64,000 nt of DNA from Chlorokybus atmophyticus (Eukaryota > Plantae > Mesostigma and Chlorokybus algae), in assembly GCA_009103225.1 (NCBI GenBank), contig RHPI01003642.1:262040-326039 (forward strand). Direction: 5' to 3'. How positions within the stretch are numbered: the stretch's first letter is position 1; each line of letters begins with the position of its first letter. Positions 24,773 through 39,700 of the stretch are shown one piece after another. The translations under genes and the position numbers were made by a program. Below the pieces are notes generated by a model that made no database searches, was not told the DNA's origin, and saw only the letters and a program-made list of their open reading frames with translations.

Positions 24773-27700
24773 ATGGCCAGGGGGGAGCGAGGCGGAGGAT
24801 CAAAGCGCCACCGCAAGAATGCGGACGCAGAGCGTGAGGCAGAGCGTCAGGCTGCAGCGGAGCAGGCCAAGCAGCTTGAAAGCGAGCTGTTTGGCGCTGC
24901 TTCGAGGGAGGAGGCTATCAGGCGCTTTGGATTTGAGCTGAATGGAGCGGAACTAGACGTTAGGGGTCACGATGTGGAGGTGAGGTTAAGAGCAATGTCT
25001 ACTGTTTCCAACAAGTAGAACTTCAGCTGGGTCAACTAGATATGCGTGACCAGCTCTGACAGAGCACTTTGCAAGCATGCAGCACTTGTACGAGAGTTCA
25101 CAAGCTGCGTGATTATTGGCATTCCAGCATGTCAATGCGCTGTAACTGGTTTTTGAATTTTATACGTTAGGTGTCGTTATCAGAGTGCAAGTAATCTTGG
25201 GTATTAAGGGGTTGTATATACTTGATGGCTGTAGTTGCATACGTCTTTCAACATGCAACCGGATTCGATCACCAATTTTAGAACTTATAAGCTGCCATTG
25301 AGCAGTTACTTATATGCAATGCAACAATCAGCTTTCAGCACTGAAAAACGTGCCAGTTGAGTGCTGCAGAGTGACATTCTTGACATTTCCCTTCGTTAGG
25401 GTGAAACTGCTGCTGATGAGGACGATGATGTCGGAGCATTGATATGGGAAGACAGAGGTAAATTGTGCGTTGGCCTATGCTGGTACGTGTTCATACTTAA
25501 CATGCTGGTTGCACCAACTACATAGCTGGTGGCTGATAGGTGGCAAAGCTGGAGCACCACCGCTGCCGGTTGTGAGCAAGGCTGCTCGTGTACCAGTGTG
25601 GTCAGATGAGGCGGATGAAGAAGCCATCTTTAATGTTGCCGGACGCAATAGGTTGCGAAAGTTGCGGCAGACCGAAGAGGAGTCTATCGTCTCAGGACCT
25701 CAGTACACACAACGACTGCGCATGCAGTAAGTGCATGCGGGACACGTGTTTTTAGAACAGTTTGCACGATGACAGGATGTGCTCAAGTTGTGGCACACAG
25801 GCACGCCAAGCTGAATCCTGGCACATCGTGGGCAAAGCTGCCAGAGGCGGGTGGCAGGCGTGCAAAGCGAAAGAGCAGGGGTGAGAGGAAATAGCAGAGT
25901 TTGATCAGAGTTGGTTGTCCGTCGTACAATGCAATCTTGTTGGCATCTCAGCATCAAGGAACTTGCCTGTGGAGGTTAGGTGTGGTGTGTCACATGCCTT
26001 GTGTTGTGGGGATCAGGTGCATTGTCAGAGGGTAGTGATGAAGAGGACGGTGACGGCCCCACCGAACTTGATGCAGTGCTGCAGCGTGCAAACTCATTTG
26101 TCGCAAAAACCGCACCACGGCTACCAGCTGGTCAAATTGAGGCATCACGTATGAAAGATGCCAATTTCCAGGAGGCATCCAAGGTGAGACAGAGTGTTCA
26201 AGCTGATCATCTCATATGTGCCAGCGATTGTGTTGCCATTCCCCTCAAGTCAGTTTATGGGCGTCCCGAGCAGAAGTTGTGCGATGTTGTTATTGGAAGG
26301 TCTGTGCATAATCGAGTTTGTCTACAGGCTGTTGTAAAGACGGCACAATTTCATCACAATGGGCAGCTGTTGCTCACAGCGGGTCTTGACAAAAGCTTGA
26401 GGTTCTTCCAGGTTTGTACCTGGCACAATTGCTACCGCAGGTTCTTGTTGAGCCACTCACTTCGGGTTGGCAGGTGGATGGCACGCGGAATCCCAAGGTG
26501 CAAGGTGTGTATCTTGAGGATACACCCATCCATTGCGCATCTTTTGCCAGTGCTGGCTCACAGGTGAGCGAGCACGCGAATAGTTGGTTCCGTGTGTTTG
26601 GGACAGCAGCAAGTTTGGCTCAACAAGCGGGCAGATTATGTTAACAGTTGTCAACTGCCCTGCTTCAGGTCATTGCTTCTGGTCGGCGAAAGTGGTTTTA
26701 CTTGTATGACATCAATCACAGCAAGGTTGAACGCATATTCTCAACTGGTACGGAATTGCGCATTATCGCTGGCGCACTACACGTGGCTGCGCACAGTGTG
26801 GCACTAACACATTCCACCAGCTGGGCTGCCCCTCCCTCAGTGCTTCTGTCTTGTTGTGTCCGTAGGCAGAATGGAGCGCAGTCTTGAGAAGTTTGCCGCT
26901 GCACCAGACTTGGACCAGGTGCTGTCTGCGGGCAGCCACACCTTGTTGGAGTTGTACCAACATCTTCTTTGTTGACCTGGCACTCATTGTCGCAGGTGGC
27001 ATTTCTTGGCAAGGATGGCTACGTAGCACTTATCTCGCTCAAGTCTCGGCAGTGGGTTGCTGATCTCAAAATGAATGGCACTGCTCGCACTGTTGCTTTT
27101 ACTCCTGACGGGACTGGTCTGCTCACCAGTGGAGGTGCGTGCACATGGCTGGGCCAGTGTTGCACATGGCATGTGTGTTGGCTTGCGTACTGAAGCAATG
27201 TGTTATGCAGGAGATGGTCAGATCTACCAGTGGGATCTGCGCATGCAGCGCTGTCTGCACAAAACCATTGATGATGGTTGCATCAATCCAACGTCCTTGG
27301 CAGTATCTTCCAGGGCAACCTTGGTTGCGACAGGGTGCGTGCACGTGCATGTTGCCAGCTGCACTCCGGCTTCGTGCATGCAGACAGGGGAGTAACAGCG
27401 CTATCATGGCATGGACAGGTCTGATAGCGGTGTGGTCAACGTTTACAATTGGCCTGGTGGTTTAGGCACTGCACCGAAGCTGGTGAAACCTATCATGAAT
27501 CTCACCACAAGCGTGGACAGTTTAGTGTTCAGTCCTGACTCACAGGTAAGATGAGCCGCTTCTTGCTGTCAAACAGCATACGGGTGTTCCTTGATGGCAG
27601 TGACAGTGCGGTGTTGCTATTTGAACGTGACCAATGCAGATTTTGGCCTGTGCGTCCCGATTGAAGAAGGATGCACTGCGGCTTGTGCATTTGCCTTCCT

Positions 27701-27950
27701 GTACAGTGTTCTCCAACTGGCCAACATCACGGACTCCATTGCACTGTGTCACGTCGCTGGACTTCAGGTGTGTTCTTTCTTCTTCTCTTTGCTTTACTCT
27801 TCCAACCTGCACATGCCAAACCATATTTGCGCAAGGCTTTGTTTGCTGATGTTGGGTTGTTGTGACAGTCCCTCCGGAGGATTCTTGGCAGCTGGGAATG
27901 CACGTGGGCAGGTGCTCTTGTACCGACTACACCACTATAGCCGGGCATAG
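24773..27950 (+). CDS. UTP18: U3 snoRNA-associated protein 18 (WD40), multi-exon
   Basis: VWSDEADEE...RNRLRKLR...Y..RLR; QFHHNGQLLLTAGLDKSLRFFQ|VDGTRNPKVQ; LKMNGTARTVAF; SRLKKDALRLVHLPSCTVFSNWPT; GNARGQVLLYRLHHY*. Confidence 0.93.
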
Positions 27951-28663
27951 CTGTGTGAAGTGTGCATAGAATGCAGGATGGTTGATATGTGAAGGACACG
28001 TGTGGAGCTGACTGCAGGCACACATTGCAGTCAACAAATTATTTGGCAGTAGGAACATGCCGCGACCAATACACACATGCACACAGGCCTGCATCACCCT
28101 ACAGTTGCTTGTGTGCAGCGCCCAGTTGAGTTGGCCCAATGTGCCTGTGATACTTGGTTGGTTGCCGCGATGTTGAGAACCTCATTATCCATGTGAGAAA
28201 CAGTGACTGTCAGGCCACATGTGCCGAGTGGTATGTGAGTTGCTGTTGTTGGGCTGTAATGTTTGTACATTGGCAGACTTGTTGGCGCAGTTGCTCCAGC
28301 TGTATGCATGGACAGTGACAGGATCAGACCAACAACACGCAAAAGACGCTTCAATGTCACATGCGACACAAAATGTGCTGATACACATTGATCCTACACG
28401 CTGGCACCAAAAAAGAGACACTGCCCTACAATGCATGCAGAACGGGAGAGGTGGAAAGCAGCTGACATAAACCAAATGTGGCAGTGTTCTCTCCACGCAG
28501 CGGAGCTGCTGGACTCCAACAGACGATACATGCAATGTGTGCTAGCATACTGAGGTACAACCTGACAACACATACAGCACTGTACATGGTACACTATCCC
28601 TAACCTAACACATTCCTGGCAACACCCAAACTGCGACACAAAACACCCACGGGCAAGCACATG

Positions 28664-31600
28664 TTATGTCGACTTGAGATGGTTTGCTTCAGCAAGATTT
28701 CTGCGTTCCACCATTGCCAAGTAACGGGCGGCAAACACCTCAAAATAGAAGTTGGCACCGTTCCAGAGCGACCATGAGTAAATCGCTGTGCGCCAAACCA
28801 TGTCAGCGTGTACCATGCGAATAGCATGCAGTGTTTGTCATACCTATCAGGAAAGCGGTGTGTGCGTAAAAGTGGTTGAATAGGAACATTGCCGGAATGC
28901 AGCACAGGATCGTGAAAATGACATGGATGCCTGCGCAACAATATAATGAGTCTTGCTATGTGTTGCAACTTGCATTGTTGCAAGTCTCCAGCTGATATCA
29001 GATTTGCTTACCAACATACACCAAAGGTCGGTAGGGCTGGCGAGCAGACTCAATCATGCGTGCGAAAGGCGTGTTGCTTTCCAATATGTATGTATACAAA
29101 GTCATGTACCCAAGGCGTGCAATCTTTTTGCTGCTGAAAACGAACACCTGCGGAGACAGCGCACGATTCTCGATTAATTGAAAGACGGAATTTTTGCTTG
29201 CATTAACGGCTATTACCTTCAGGTAGTACAGGAACACCCAGATGAAGTACACTGCCAGAGGAACAAAGAGATGGTTCCACAGGGTCACAGCGCAGCCATT
29301 TTCTCCTTCATCGCACACATGAAAACGATCCTGGCCATCCTCGTATAAGCGGATTGAAGGCAATTCAACATGTGAAGCGTTGAGAGGTGAAGTTTAATAA
29401 TTCACGAAGGTTTGGCAGAGGAGACAACAGTGGAGGATATCTTACTGCGGGCCACCAACGCACAGTCCACACTACAAGTGCAGGAGAGAAGTGAACGAAC
29501 ACAGAGGTCATCTTGTCCAAGTCGTGGAAAACCAGGCTGCACACCAACAGCCACAACCGGTCAACACAAGCGGCTTGGTTTTGTGACGCACTCCCTGCAA
29601 TGTCCTTTCTAGGTGCAAAAAAGAAACTGTCACCTGTTGCGAAAGGTCGGTATCGACAAGGCGACAGGCCCTGCGGTGAAGACAAATATGACGCGGAACA
29701 AGGTTGCGCTCTGTGGATACAGCCTGCAAACATGCGTCACAAGCGCATCGATGTTGTGTGAAGCCCAAATGTCGCAGAAATCAAATCGCAAATGCTGGCT
29801 GCCTGGGCACTCACCATACATATATGGCCATCAGCAAGTTGTCATAGTAGCAGAAGTCAAACAGGTAGTAATGCCACCGTGCCCGTTTGTACATGAAATA
29901 CCTTATCACCAGCAGCTGCGTGAAAAGGGAAATCTCAGCATTGCTGCCGAACATTTTACGTACTGCAGTCTACAACACGCTGGCACATTGGGAGACAATC
30001 AGAGTCTTGTCACGTTTGGACATGCAGATGACTCCTAGCTCATAATGCTTGTATCAGACATGGAGAATATGCATTTGTACTGATACCAAAGGCACTCAGC
30101 ACGTCAACAACATCACTATGTCATTGTCATGGCGATGCACGCCTACATGCGTGTTGGCAATACCATGAGTGCTTCTATATGCGACAGGGGGATGGAAATA
30201 CGGTGCGTTGGTGGGGCCACGGCAATGTGACGTGCTGCATCAGGAGGTGACGTCTCTCAACTCACCACAAACGCATAGAGGGTATGGAACTGGTAGAACA
30301 TACCCGGAGCCGCCCCCAGAATGTAGCTGGTTGCACTAACATTGCCGACACCCAGAACAAAGGACACCTGTCAAGAAACCCCAAAGCTTGACACCGGATA
30401 TGCTTTAAAGCAGTTTGAGATAGGTGGGCATTGATGAGCAGTAATTGCTCCTGTGTTTTAGTAACAAAATATGCGAGCGCTTGCGTTCAAAACATTAGGC
30501 ACTTCATGCCAGAACGATGATGGCATGGCATCAACAAGCAGCGACGTCGGAACACGTGAGTGAGTCATGCACAGACACCCTGAGTCCTACATCAACTTTA
30601 GAAGCAGCAGCAGCACTGACCTTGTCTCGCAGCTTGACGAGCCTTGATATCATTGACAGGTCGACAACCGTCTCAAAGTCCACGCTGCCATACAAGTCAC
30701 CATTGTACGGATCTCCATCCGTATCGTCCATGGACATGGCGGCCGCCCCCGGCAGCTGCTCCTGCAACTCACCGGCCGCCTTGAGTGCCTCATCTGCCAT
30801 CGCCGAAGCAAAGCTGGCCGATACAGCGCGATGCTCTTCACTTGGCGTGCTCGGCACCGGAGCTTCCACAGCTTCTGCTGCACTCTCTACGCCTGCACGA
30901 GCTGGCACTTCAAGCAGCTTTGTGCCCGGGACAATGGGTTCACCAGCAGCCATCCCTGGACGACGCAAACACACTGCTTGCGCAAGACTTCAAGCTTGTG
31001 ACTTTATCACAATATGTAATAGGCCATGTGTTTAATCAAGCACAGTACGCAATGCTCACAGCACGAACGCGCATTTTCCACTGATAGAACATCAACGCAA
31101 CATAAAGACTTTGGTTTTCCAGCACAAGAACATGCATGCCCAGCTAATGCTACAGAACTACTCTCCCATACAAAAGCAAATCCCTGCGACAAAGGGGACA
31201 CAGCGTGCTCTGACAGTGCAAGAACGCGTTGATAAGGACAATGATAATGTGTATCACATACTGTGTACAACAATCAGGAATTTAAGGCCCCTTGCAGTGT
31301 ATTGCTCATGATGTGATAGGAAGAAGCTATAGCCCTGTATAAAACCATCCAGCAGCTTCAGCGCTGTCCACTCAGCTATTACCCTCCACTGCATTCGCTT
31401 GCAGGCTGAGGAAAAGATGCGACATCGTTGCAATTTGCAGTGTTACATGCAGGTTCACCACCATAACTTCAGCACACGAGCTTGCACGCTATGCCATGTC
31501 ATGTCCGTCTTGCAAAGGCAAATGCAATTCTACCTCTACGACAACGGGGCACAAGATTAAGCAATCAGCGGATCAGAAGCAGCAAGCAGGTGATGGATCG

Positions 31601-31793
31601 CAACAGCTGGCTGTCGTCGGACCTTTCCAGGCTGCATGTCATTACGGTAGGGCCTTGAATGCAAACTGTCTTTGACAGCGTATTCATGCATACCTATGGG
31701 ATTCGCTTTCGTCACCCTTGACTCGGAGCCTATCCCCGTTGCCTCCTCCTCTTCCGCCTCCGCCGCCGCCGGCGCCTCCTCCGTGCGGGACAT
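28664..31793 (-). CDS. GPC1: Glycerophosphocholine acyltransferase (GPC1/DUF2838 family), multi-exon
   Basis: SLVFHDLDKMTSVFVHFSPALVVWTVRW; VPLAVYFIWVFLYYLKV; last exon SLWNGANFYFEVFAARY...KST* (stop 28664-28666); acidic N-terminal exons. Confidence 0.8.
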
Positions 31794-32333
31794 TCTCACC
31801 TTCCGCTGCAACGGCAGAAGCGAATCTCACGGGCACATGCAAGAATCCGAAGCCGTTTATGAAGTCAGCATTCTAACGCTGTAGCCACTTGGTAGCATCT
31901 AGCCGTTTTCTCTCCACGTCGTAGCCAAGCCAGCTTGTTGCATGCTGCAGTGTGTTGCAGGTTGTCGTGCTGGGCGGCGGTGGCGGCAGTGCCGGTGGTG
32001 CTGTGGGGAGCATCGACTCATGGTGAGCGGAGTAGTTTGTAGCTTGCATAGCTGCTGCGTGCTGTGCCGTTCGCGTCACTGCCGTCGCTTGGCTGGCCTA
32101 GCGTAGGCAGGGTGGCGCACCCTTAAGAGATTTGGTTGTCATTGCCATCGCACGCTTGCATGTTGGTGTTGTTGAGGCCTGTTACGTTGGACTCTGGTCA
32201 GCATGCAGCCTGCCGAACAACTAGTCCAGCGCAAGGGTCTCAGCAACATCGCTGCTGAAACAGTGTAGCATTGTGCTGTGCAGGTTGACGCTGATCTCAA
32301 CATACAAACGCAGAATACCAACATCAGACCGTC

Positions 32334-34363
32334 ATGAAGATCCGAGTGCGAGTTGGTGCGGGTCAAACCCACCGCGTGGAGGTGCCGGAGCTCTGCGATC
32401 TTGCACAGCTGAAGGCCCGCATAGCGACGGTGGTTTTCAACAGCAGGCGGGAAGCTGCGTCCGTAAGGGTTTCGCTCAACAACAGGGATGAGTTGGGCCA
32501 AGATGATGAGGGTGGTCTTACCAGCACTCCGCTGCAAGCACTTGGCATTCGCAGCGGCGATCTTGTTTTCGTTCTAGATGGAAACTCCGTGCAACGAAGT
32601 CAACTCCAACAACCTGAACAACTCCCCTCGTCTTCACCATCCACCTCGGCTCCTGCACGTCCCTCGGCTAGTGCTGCAGACATCCGAGCTCGCTGTGCAG
32701 CCGCGGCTGCTGCGCGGGTTTCAACTGCTGCTGCCACTGAGCATCCACCTTCCACATCTGCTGTTCAGCAGCCAGCACTAGCTGTGACCGCTGCTCCACA
32801 GCAAGCAGCCATTGCAGACGAAACACATGAACTACAGGGCAATGACGTGCAGGTATTGTACGTTGTGATGCACAAGTTGGTCTTATGTATGTTTCATCAG
32901 GCGTCAAGTTGAAGGTCAGGCATCCTGAGATGAAGTTGGCTGAATTGTGTCGTGATCTGCTGGGCAGGCTGACATGGACATTGCGGAGGATGAGTATGTG
33001 GAACACATGGACGAGCAGCTGGAGCTGCCCCCTTGTCCTCCTGTGCCCGCAGTGCCGCAAGTCCCATCGACACTGAGTGCAGCTTACAAAGCAGTTAAAG
33101 GCGATGTGCGCAGTGGTTATCAGCTGCTGATGGTTGCTCTGCATGCTGTACTGGTGGAGACTGGCCTTCAAATTGAGCACTCCAGTGGCGAAGCTGCACA
33201 GTTGCCGAGTGGTTGGACTGCTGCTTCTCGGTACTTCTTCAGATATGCCCTCAAGGGTACACCTGCCGTCTGTGAAGTTTACGGGCGCGCTCTGGGAGAC
33301 TTCTTGGTCGTCCAAGCGGCTGTTGTCGGTGATGATGAGATTGTCCGCATGAGTTTGCGCGTGGCGGACTACGTCAGCGATCGCGCGCATGCAGACCAGA
33401 GGGATGCAGCAGCTGTCTTTGTGAATGCCAGGGGTCTGTGGGCTCTTGTGAAGGACTCCTTGACACTAAAGCTGTTATCAGCGCTGCACCACAAGGCTGG
33501 ACTGTTCCCACCACCTGGCCTGATTGCGCTTCCGAGTGAAATAAAGCTGCAATGCCTGCAGCAGCTGGACGCAACCTCGTTGGCTGCACTGTCATCAACA
33601 TGCAGAGAGCTGCGGTTTGTTGCCAGTGATGACAAGCTCTGGCAAACCTTGTTTGTTAGCGAGTTTGGCAGCCATGGGGCCTCCCGCATCCGCTCGCATT
33701 TCAAGACCGCATTTGCAGAAGCATGGCAGGAGCGGCAGCGGCAAAGGAGGATTTGGGTATGCTTGTTGTTTCGACACGTGTGCATGGTTTGCGTGATGCC
33801 AGTTTAAACGTCAGTCATCATGTTGCAGATTATGGCATGCATGCCTTTTACGCTTGGAGGTAGGCAGCATGTCATCTTGCAGCTGTTAGGCATCACCTCA
33901 TTGCATACACAGACAATGCGAGTCTTGTCATCACCTATTGATTGCATTGCATTGCTATGTTGGCAGGCGCATTAGCTATTGCAGCCAGCAGTGCACATTG
34001 TTCTCAGCCTTTGTGTTGTGTTAACAGGAGCAACACCGCCGCCAGCTCAGTATGTACCGGCCGCGCATGGGTCGCATGCCAAGGATGCCTCTGCACCCGC
34101 ACCCCCCCTTCGTCATTGGTGGAGACTACGACCGCTTCCCTGTCATTGGTGATGGCGTGTTTCTAGGCTCTCATGGAATCGGCGGCGTGCCATCTGGTCA
34201 GTTGTCTGCTTTTCCGGACGACGGTGCCTTCTCACCGCAAGGCCTCAGGCGGCCCTCTCCGGGAGCAGCAAGCGCTGGGCCATTTGGGACGCTTGGTGGC
34301 CGGCGTCTTTCCAGCACTGCTCCCAGGCGACAGGGCCTCGGTGGGAGTATGTCGCGCTTTTAG
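32334..34363 (+). CDS. F-box protein with N-terminal UBL, PI31/FP domain and Pro-rich tail (FBXO7/SKIP22-like)
   Basis: MKIRVRVGAGQTHRVEV (UBL); LMVALHAVLVETGL (FP domain); GLIALPSEIKLQCLQQLDATSLAALSSTCRELRFVASDDKLW (F-box); PFVIGGDYDRFP tail motif. Confidence 0.85.
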
Positions 34364-36766
34364 AGGCTATTGTCATGATTGCAGTTGTGTGATTACTACG
34401 CACCCATGTACAGTGCTATATAGTAGTGCGTGGTGTCTGACTACTTCCTGCACTTTGACCCTGCTCCATGTAGAGCATGTATATAGCGCCAGCATTGTCG
34501 GACTTCAGCCCCATCCATTAGGTTGTGCAATCAGCTATTGACTTTACTTGATATGGTATGCAAGCCAAGCAACAGATTCATAGCTCATTTCACACTGCTC
34601 ATGTCGGCTAGCTTGCACTTTAGTCACCAAGCATCATGTTTCTCTCTAAGTTCCTCGAGTGAAGTGGCTACCACTACTTTTGCAGTCATATATTACTTGT
34701 TTTGCCTTTACCCAACCAAGTTAAGTTCCATAAATTAATGCAAGCGTAGCTATCTTGCCGGTATGGCAATAGAGAGCCCTTGGCCAAGCTAGTATAACAA
34801 TGCGGGTGATGCATTTTTCGGTGCGTAGCTGTCAGTCTCTTATGTTCTCTATGTTGAGGACACCAAGTTTCTCGTGCGCTTGATCTGATTTCGTCGGTGC
34901 ATGTCCCGTATGTTTCAACGTGCATACGTTACTTGCATGTGCGTGATCTACTTGCCATCTTTTATACGCTATTGTAGTATTGTAGTATTGCAGTTCTCGT
35001 ATTACTGGTGGGTTGCATTCGCTATTGAGGTTCGCCTAGGGCGGATGCACCTTCCTTGTTGAAAGATGCCGCCACACTTCACATATGCGAGGCGTGGCGG
35101 TATATACCGCGAGAAAGTGCACCTCTAAATTACACACGCTATGCACATTACGCACATTGTGGGCCCTCTACCATGTAACACCAATTGAATGCAAGTGTCG
35201 TGGGAAACTGGGGTCGCATTATATTGTTGATGCAGATTACGGCATCACTATTACAGATGAGCGGAATCGCTACCTGTGCATGGATACGAGGCTGCATTCG
35301 TAAGGGAGGGAGGGAGAGATAGAGAGAGAGTAGGTGTCCGTTGATGCGCGTTAAGCTTAACACCTTTAAGTTTAACAAGCTGGGGCGATCCTAATTGAGA
35401 AGTGTAGTGTTCCAGATTTTAACGATTCTTATCCAAGACGGCTTGGTTTGTGCGGAGCGGAAGAGGAGGGGTTTCATGGCTTGTAGATGACAATGTTGGT
35501 GGCGGGCTTGAGCATGCTCAAGAGAGTTTGGGTGGTGGGTGCAAAGCATCTGATGCATACATAAAGCTCATATGACATGTCGCATAGCTTATGAACAACG
35601 CTTCAACGGCGTCTCTATCATCAAAGCCAGCGTTCTTGCTCTCATGCGGATCGTGGCAACTTCTGTCAGATCTGTCATGTTAACGCAAACAACTTCATCA
35701 TGCAAACCTGCTTTGCCACCCAAGCAAAAAGCAATTCTGTTGTTTGCTAAGCCTGAAGTCCAACGTGTGCACGCAAGTTAAACAAATTATATGTGTTTGT
35801 GTGAACACTGCATTGCTGCATTGCTATTGGTCAGTAGGATGATGTGACTTGAGTGCTGAAACATTGTTATTTGAGAAGCGCGTGCGAAGCAAGGACGCAG
35901 GCATTGATAGTGTACACGAAGCGGTGTCTGTAAAGCTATGCAACAAGTTATACAAATTGTTTGCATTTTGCGCCACCCACCTTCGCGCGCATGTTTAAGT
36001 TGTCGGGCGTGTTGCCATGGGTGTTGTACTCAGCTTGTAGGAGTCAAGCGCGATGGCCTCGGCAATTAAACCTTATGCACGTGCTTCATAATAATTTTAT
36101 AAAGCACGTGCATAAGGTAAAAAGAGAGGCCACATGTCATACATTGCATACAAAAGACCTCATGATACATGTCAACTATTAACACAAGGCTTGTGATTCA
36201 AGTAATTCAAGTGTTGACATCAAAATCATTTCGGAGCTAGCAAGAAAGCAAAACTGTGCAAGCTGCAGGTTGCACTCTGGTTTGAGATTGGAGACGTACA
36301 AATAGTTAGGCTAGCCACTCTACCCTTGAGCTCCACATCCACATGCTAAGTGCCAGATGCTGTGGACAATCGGACACACAATAAAAGGACAATACGTTAT
36401 GTGATGTAAAGTGCATCCTATTAGAAATGCACACGACGGTCTGCAACAGTGAACCTTGACTTCATAATTTCCTACCCACATAAAAGGACAGCATCGTCAG
36501 CAGAGGCAATTCAATTGCTGAAGATGCTGTCTTGTTTACCATATCAATAACGGTCATTGAAATGGGAAACAAGACAACCACAAACATCGTGTACTGTGTG
36601 ATGCAACTAACTGACCGCTGATGTGCAGCAAGAAGAAAGGCATTCAAATTTTGCAATGTTGCGCGCAACTGGTCCCAGTGTATGGACACAATTCAGTTGC
36701 ACACTAGAGCCTGCGAGTCCACACACTGAAAAGAAACCTGTTTTGCTGAAATCTGAAATCTGCAAC

Positions 36767-39700
36767 TCATGTGGGTGCATTGTACTCGAAAGGCTCTGGT
36801 GGTGGCGGTTCATCCTCGGCTGAGGCTGGCTGTGTTGAAGGATTTGCTTCTGCCGCACCATTTGCTTGCGCAGGAGTGGCTGGTGCTGTTGCAAGCACAA
36901 ACTCTTCTGGATCTCCAGGCCGAGTATCTTTCACCATTATGATGCCAGCTCCACGGCGTAGAATCGGAACGTACCGGCTGTCTTTATCAATTGTGATGTA
37001 CTTCTCCTGCGCAGGGATGACACGTGCTGGGTTCTGCAACTTGTGGTTGGTGGGTTCAGGCTCCTTTGCATGGGCTTTGCCTTCACCATCCTTGCGAGCC
37101 TTCTCACCATCCTCAGCCTTATTGCCTTGTGCCTTTTCACCTGCTTCTTTAGCAGCTTTCTCAGCTTCTTTCTTGGCCCTTGCCTTAGCGCGAGCTGTTG
37201 TGGAAAGCACTGCGGCGGGTGCTTTGCTGGCTGCTGTGGTAGTTGGAGCCGTGACAGGTAGTGGATAAGCAAACAGTGACGGCTTGCTGTGGCAAGTCAC
37301 CTCAAACTTGGGAACCTTCAGGTCTTCGTTCAACCCAATCAATGCCGTTGGCATGAAAGCCAAGCTGATGAAATTGAGCAAGGGGTACCAATACCAGAAG
37401 TGGGTAAAGATGGCGGTTCCCACAATCGCTGTCATCCGGTTGTGACCTGATCGCGATCGTAACGAGACAGTCACATTCCGTCCTCCAGCGTCAAGTATTC
37501 CTGTGGCCAGTATTGCGCCCATCTTGCCAATGCTGTCCTCATGCTTGTCTGCAATGATCTTGTCCAACTGCCGACGGAAACTTGCCACACGAGGCTCCCT
37601 GGCTTCTGAGGCCTGTACTAGCACCAAAGCTGTGGCAATCAAGGCACCCTGGCGCACAAAGTCCACGGCATCGGAACATAGAGGCTCCAACAGAGCAACT
37701 GCATCATGTGACGCAGTCCCTGCGCAGGAGATGCCAACCGCCATAGCCGCACCATATCGCACATGTGGGTTGTACGACTCCGACAGTAGTGACACAATGC
37801 GTGGGCACTGGCAAGCACAGGCTGTGATCAGTCAAATCTGCATGCATTGGAGAGCTTGCAGCGCAAGGAAAGTACTCACAATGAATGAGGCAGAAGACCC
37901 AAACACGAGCACCTAAACACAAGCGTTGTACCTGCTCGGGAACTGCGCACAGCACAAAGCCTAGGGAGAGAACTGCCGCTCGCCGGACATCATCACTGAC
38001 ATCGCTGACAGCGAAATGGAGGAGGCGGCGGATAGCACTGTTGTTGGCAGTGCCACAGTACGCCATGGCCAACGCAAACATGCCTCCATAGCGCAAGATG
38101 GGATCCTGGTCGCGAGTCATCTGCTCAATCAAAGTGTCTGCGCCCTCCTCTCGTCCGTACACCACAAGAGCAACACCCATAGCCAGACCGCGGATGATCT
38201 TTTCGTGCTGTGTGTCATGAGCATAAGCGAGCATCTCTGTTGCCTTCTCCGAAGCGGTGCCCACCATCAGCAGACCCATGCCGAGGCTAGCAGCCTCACC
38301 AGCAACAGCACTGTCTGTGTACAGGACGCCCTTGAGGTCTTCAAAAATTTCCTCATCTGCTGTACCCATTGCAGCCAAACCCAGTCCCAAACAGGCTCCA
38401 TGCTGTATGGTCTCGTTTTGAGTGTTCCTCAGTGACTCCAGAAGAAACCCTTTGATACCTTCACCGTGATTTGCGTGTATCAAACCAAGGGCATACAAAG
38501 CACCGCCCTCTGAAAACGGGCTCCCACTAACGCCGTTTTGAGGAAGGTAAGGACCCATGAGGGAGCGCCCTTGCTGCAGGTGACCACGGTGAATAACACC
38601 AAGCCCAGCGGTGGCGCTGAATTTGGCCCAGTTGGTCGCGCGCGACAGCCACTCCAGGTTTTCCCGCAGAAAAGTATCCACAGTGGTACCCGCATGCATA
38701 AGGGCGTTTGCAAAAATCAATGCTGAATGGCAGACTGAGTTGCGCATCTCTATGCAGTTCTTTGCATTCTTGAGCACAACAGGATCTGCCTTGTTGTGGC
38801 TATACAAGAACTCAAGATGCCGAGTGATGGGGATCTCCCCTGAAAGAATGCCCTTCAGTTTCGTCAAGTGATCTGCGTATGCAGCATCCACTCCATTGGT
38901 AACTGGCCCATTGGCAATGGGTGCTGCACTGCCAGCTGCGGCTGAGGCATCAACATCCATGGATGTTGCATCGCCATCAGCCTCAGGCACTGGTGTCTGA
39001 GCGGGTTGGACTCGTGGCGTTGGCAAGCGATGTACAACTGACAACAGAAATTGCTGCAGCTCGTTTTCAAACAAATCAAACGCCACTTGATACGCCAAGA
39101 GAACGTCATCCTGCAGCATAGGTAGCAACGATGAGTTGAACTCAACTTACGCAGCCTTGCCCCAACCAGCAACTCACAAGTCAGCACGCTACAAGCTACG
39201 GCGTACCTTGCTGCCTTTCACTAGTTTCTCCAGAATGTTTGCGACCGCCTCAGAGTCGTCAAGAAACATCAAGCACTGGCAGATGCTCACATAATCTGGT
39301 GATGGAACACTGGAGTACAGCTTGACCAATGTGCGCAATACCTGATGAGCACGCGTTGTGTCGAGTAACAGCTGCGGTGACATTGTGCACGATGCAGCAA
39401 CCCACCATACAATCCTGAGAACTCGTTTCTGACCTCTTGGCGGAACTCCCGGTTGTCAATGACTGTCTGGCAAGTTCTCATGCAGTATGCGAGCATTCCC
39501 GGAATGTCTGGTGCGGCCCGGATAGCCCTTTCAAGCTGGTCCAAGCGACGTGCCTCCATTGCCATGCCAACAGCCTGAGCATGCTGACCATCCTGCATGC
39601 ATCTGCAGGAGGACATGAATTGATACGAGCTTGCTATGTAATGAGCTTAGCATGTGAAATGAGCCATGGCTCAACTGCATACCTACCTCTCAAACATGCG

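Noticed and set aside
18726-35439. Exact 15-mer ATTCTTATCCAAGAC at 18726 and 35425
   Set aside because: Flanks do not align, and one or two exact 15-mer matches are expected by chance in 64 kb.
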